From: Tubulanus polymorphus
Taxonomy: Eukaryota; Animalia; Nemertea
DNA: 64,000 bases
NCBI RefSeq assembly: GCF_964204645.1
Contig: NC_134026.1
Coordinates: 13,142,050-13,206,049, forward strand
Direction: 5' to 3'
In this document: in pieces, positions 62,214-64,000 of the stretch
How positions within the stretch are numbered: position 1 is the stretch's first letter
Layout of the letters: the number at the start of each line of letters is the position of its first letter
Position numbers and translations under genes: made by a program
Notes under the pieces: model-generated
Seen by the model: only the letters and a program-made list of their open reading frames with translations
Told to the model about the DNA's origin: nothing
Databases searched by the model: none

Positions 62214-64000
62214 ATGGAGGATACTCAACTGAACCGGTCGACAATCACACGAACTGCAATCAGGCAGAAAGTTGATGATCTCGTCGTGAAATCGTCAACA
62301 ATCGTCGAAGATTTTCGAATGACCGAAGACGATGTAGATTTACTAAATATCTACATCAAGCAGATCACAGAAAAGTTAAGTCGACTAGAGAAGCTAGACT
62401 CGACGATCGAGGACCTAACTCCTTTAACGCATCTTTCAGACACGATTCAAGAAGCAGAGGACTTCAGATCTAGCGTCATCGAAAAACGCGGCCGAATAAT
62501 CCGATTTGTAGAAAAGGCGAAGCACACAACGCAACCTCATAATTCTTCGATGAACAATTCCGGTGCTTCTGCGACGCCATTTCGCCCGAACAAGGTAAAT
62601 CTACCTAAACTTACGCTCGCCAAATTCGACGGCGATTTACTCAAATGGCAGGAATTCATAGACGGATTCTATTCAGCGGTCAACGACGACCCGAATCTCG
62701 ACGACGTCGTTAAGTTCCAATACTTACGCGCACAACTTAACGGCGAAGCTTACAGAACGATCGAGGGTCTGGCCCTCACCGCGTCGAATTATGTGAACGC
62801 ACTTCAAGTACTGATAAAAAGGTATGGGCAACCGCAAATCCTTATCAGTGCATATATGCGAGCGTTATGGGAACTTTCGCGACCGACAGAAGACATGCAG
62901 AGTCTGATGGAATTTTCGGACAAACTGGAAACATATATCCGAGGACTAAGTGCGCTCGGAAAAAACGAAGATAGCTACGGAGATTTGTTGACTCCGATTA
63001 TCTTAGATAAACTGCCTGGGATGATACGACGACAGATAACGAGGGATAATAACGGCGCGAATTGGAATCTCCAGTCGTTGCGAGATGCCCTTTCGAGAGA
63101 GATAACAGCGTTCCAGGCAGGAGTTTCAGTGTACCCAGAAACTGCTCACCTGGGTACCACGTCAGCGTTCCACGTGGGCAATGCGATCAAGAGAAAACCA
63201 TTAAAATGTACATTTTGTAAAGGGACACATTTCGCGTCAGATTGTGTTCTTGTAACCGAACCAGAGAAACGCCTGGATATCGTTAAACGAGATAAACTTT
63301 GTTTTAATTGCATGGGCACTCATCGTTCTCGGGACTGTAAATCCAAGAACACATGTAAAAAGTGCAGAGGGAAACATCACACGTTACTATGTGGTTCCTC
63401 CCTTACAGAAACGCGCGAGATTTCTACGAAAGATCGACCACAAAACGGAAGCAGAAGCGATTCTCACGATATAAAAACTGTTCATCAAACGTATGCCGGC
63501 GCCCAACAACCACGACCAGATGGGCCCATACTTCTTAAAACAGCTGTGGCGGAGATTTTTTCGCCATCAACTTCCGCTAATAACCGCTCGAATGGTCGTA
63601 AGATAAACATTTTACTGGACGAAGGCAGCCATAGATCGTTTATCACGACGCGAATTTCTGTCAGCTTAAATCTCCCACATCTGGGCCAAGAGGAAATCAA
63701 TCTAGCGACATTCGGAGAACAACTGGCCGGTCGGCGATTACTTCAAAGAACGAACTTTAACATCGCGTCATCAGAGGGTTCACCGATACTAATTGAAGCC
63801 CTCGTGATACCGACCATCTCCACGCCAATCAGCAATCTTGTAAACAATAAAGTTTTGGATCTTCCGCATCTGCGAAACCTAACTCTAGCGGAACAGCCAT
63901 CATCAATAACCGGCGACTTTGATATCGATGTATTAATTGGCGCCGATTACTACTGGTCTATAGTCGGCGATAATACCGTGAAGGGCTACGGCCCGACTGC
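62214..64000 (+). CDS. BEL/Pao gag-protease polyprotein, open past the window end
   Basis: LPKLTLAKFDGDLLKWQEF...KFQYLR..L.GEA...IEG (DUF1759-like). Three Zn knuckles: CTFCKGTHFASDC, CFNCMGTHRSRDC, CKKCRGKHHTLLC. Protease LLDEGSHRSFIT and DVLIGADYYW. Confidence 0.93.
   Translation, partial: MEDTQLNRSTITRTAIRQKVDDLVVKSSTIVEDFRMTEDDVDLLNIYIKQITEKLSRLEKLDSTIEDLTPLTHLSDTIQEAEDFRSSVIEKRGRIIRFVEKAKHTTQPHNSSMNNSGASATPFRPNKVNLPKLTLAKFDGDLLKWQEFIDGFYSAVNDDPNLDDVVKFQYLRAQLNGEAYRTIEGLALTASNYVNALQVLIKRYGQPQILISAYMRALWELSRPTEDMQSLMEFSDKLETYIRGLSALGKNEDSYGDLLTPIILDKLPGMIRRQITRDNNGANWNLQSLRDALSREITAFQAGVSVYPETAHLGTTSAFHVGNAIKRKPLKCTFCKGTHFASDCVLVTEPEKRLDIVKRDKLCFNCMGTHRSRDCKSKNTCKKCRGKHHTLLCGSSLTETREISTKDRPQNGSRSDSHDIKTVHQTYAGAQQPRPDGPILLKTAVAEIFSPSTSANNRSNGRKINILLDEGSHRSFITTRISVSLNLPHLGQEEINLATFGEQLAGRRLLQRTNFNIASSEGSPILIEALVIPTISTPISNLVNNKVLDLPHLRNLTLAEQPSSITGDFDIDVLIGADYYWSIVGDNTVKGYGPT

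Overview
AT-rich animal genomic DNA, probably a marine invertebrate (inferred from spliceosomal introns and the repeat families present). One host gene is visible: three minus-strand coding exons of a SPATA6-family gene (36698-36884, 29768-29934, 2794-2892), whose introns are filled with mobile DNA. Large elements are an intact, very young Penelope-like retroelement (RT + GIY-YIG, hammerhead ribozymes in its pLTRs), a decayed intron-containing Academ (XPG-type) DNA transposon, and the 5' part of an open BEL/Pao LTR retrotransposon. Smaller elements are piggyBac, Harbinger and pogo/mariner MITEs, several Helentron-like (HINE) families with ~145-154 bp internal tandem arrays, and a nest of fold-back elements at 55-62 kb. 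The most striking observation is that the Penelope element, flanked by a 13-bp TSD, sits inside the catalytic core of a different minimal hammerhead ribozyme. Four distinct hammerhead motifs lie in the same intron. All calls were made by reading the sequence; no database search was run.
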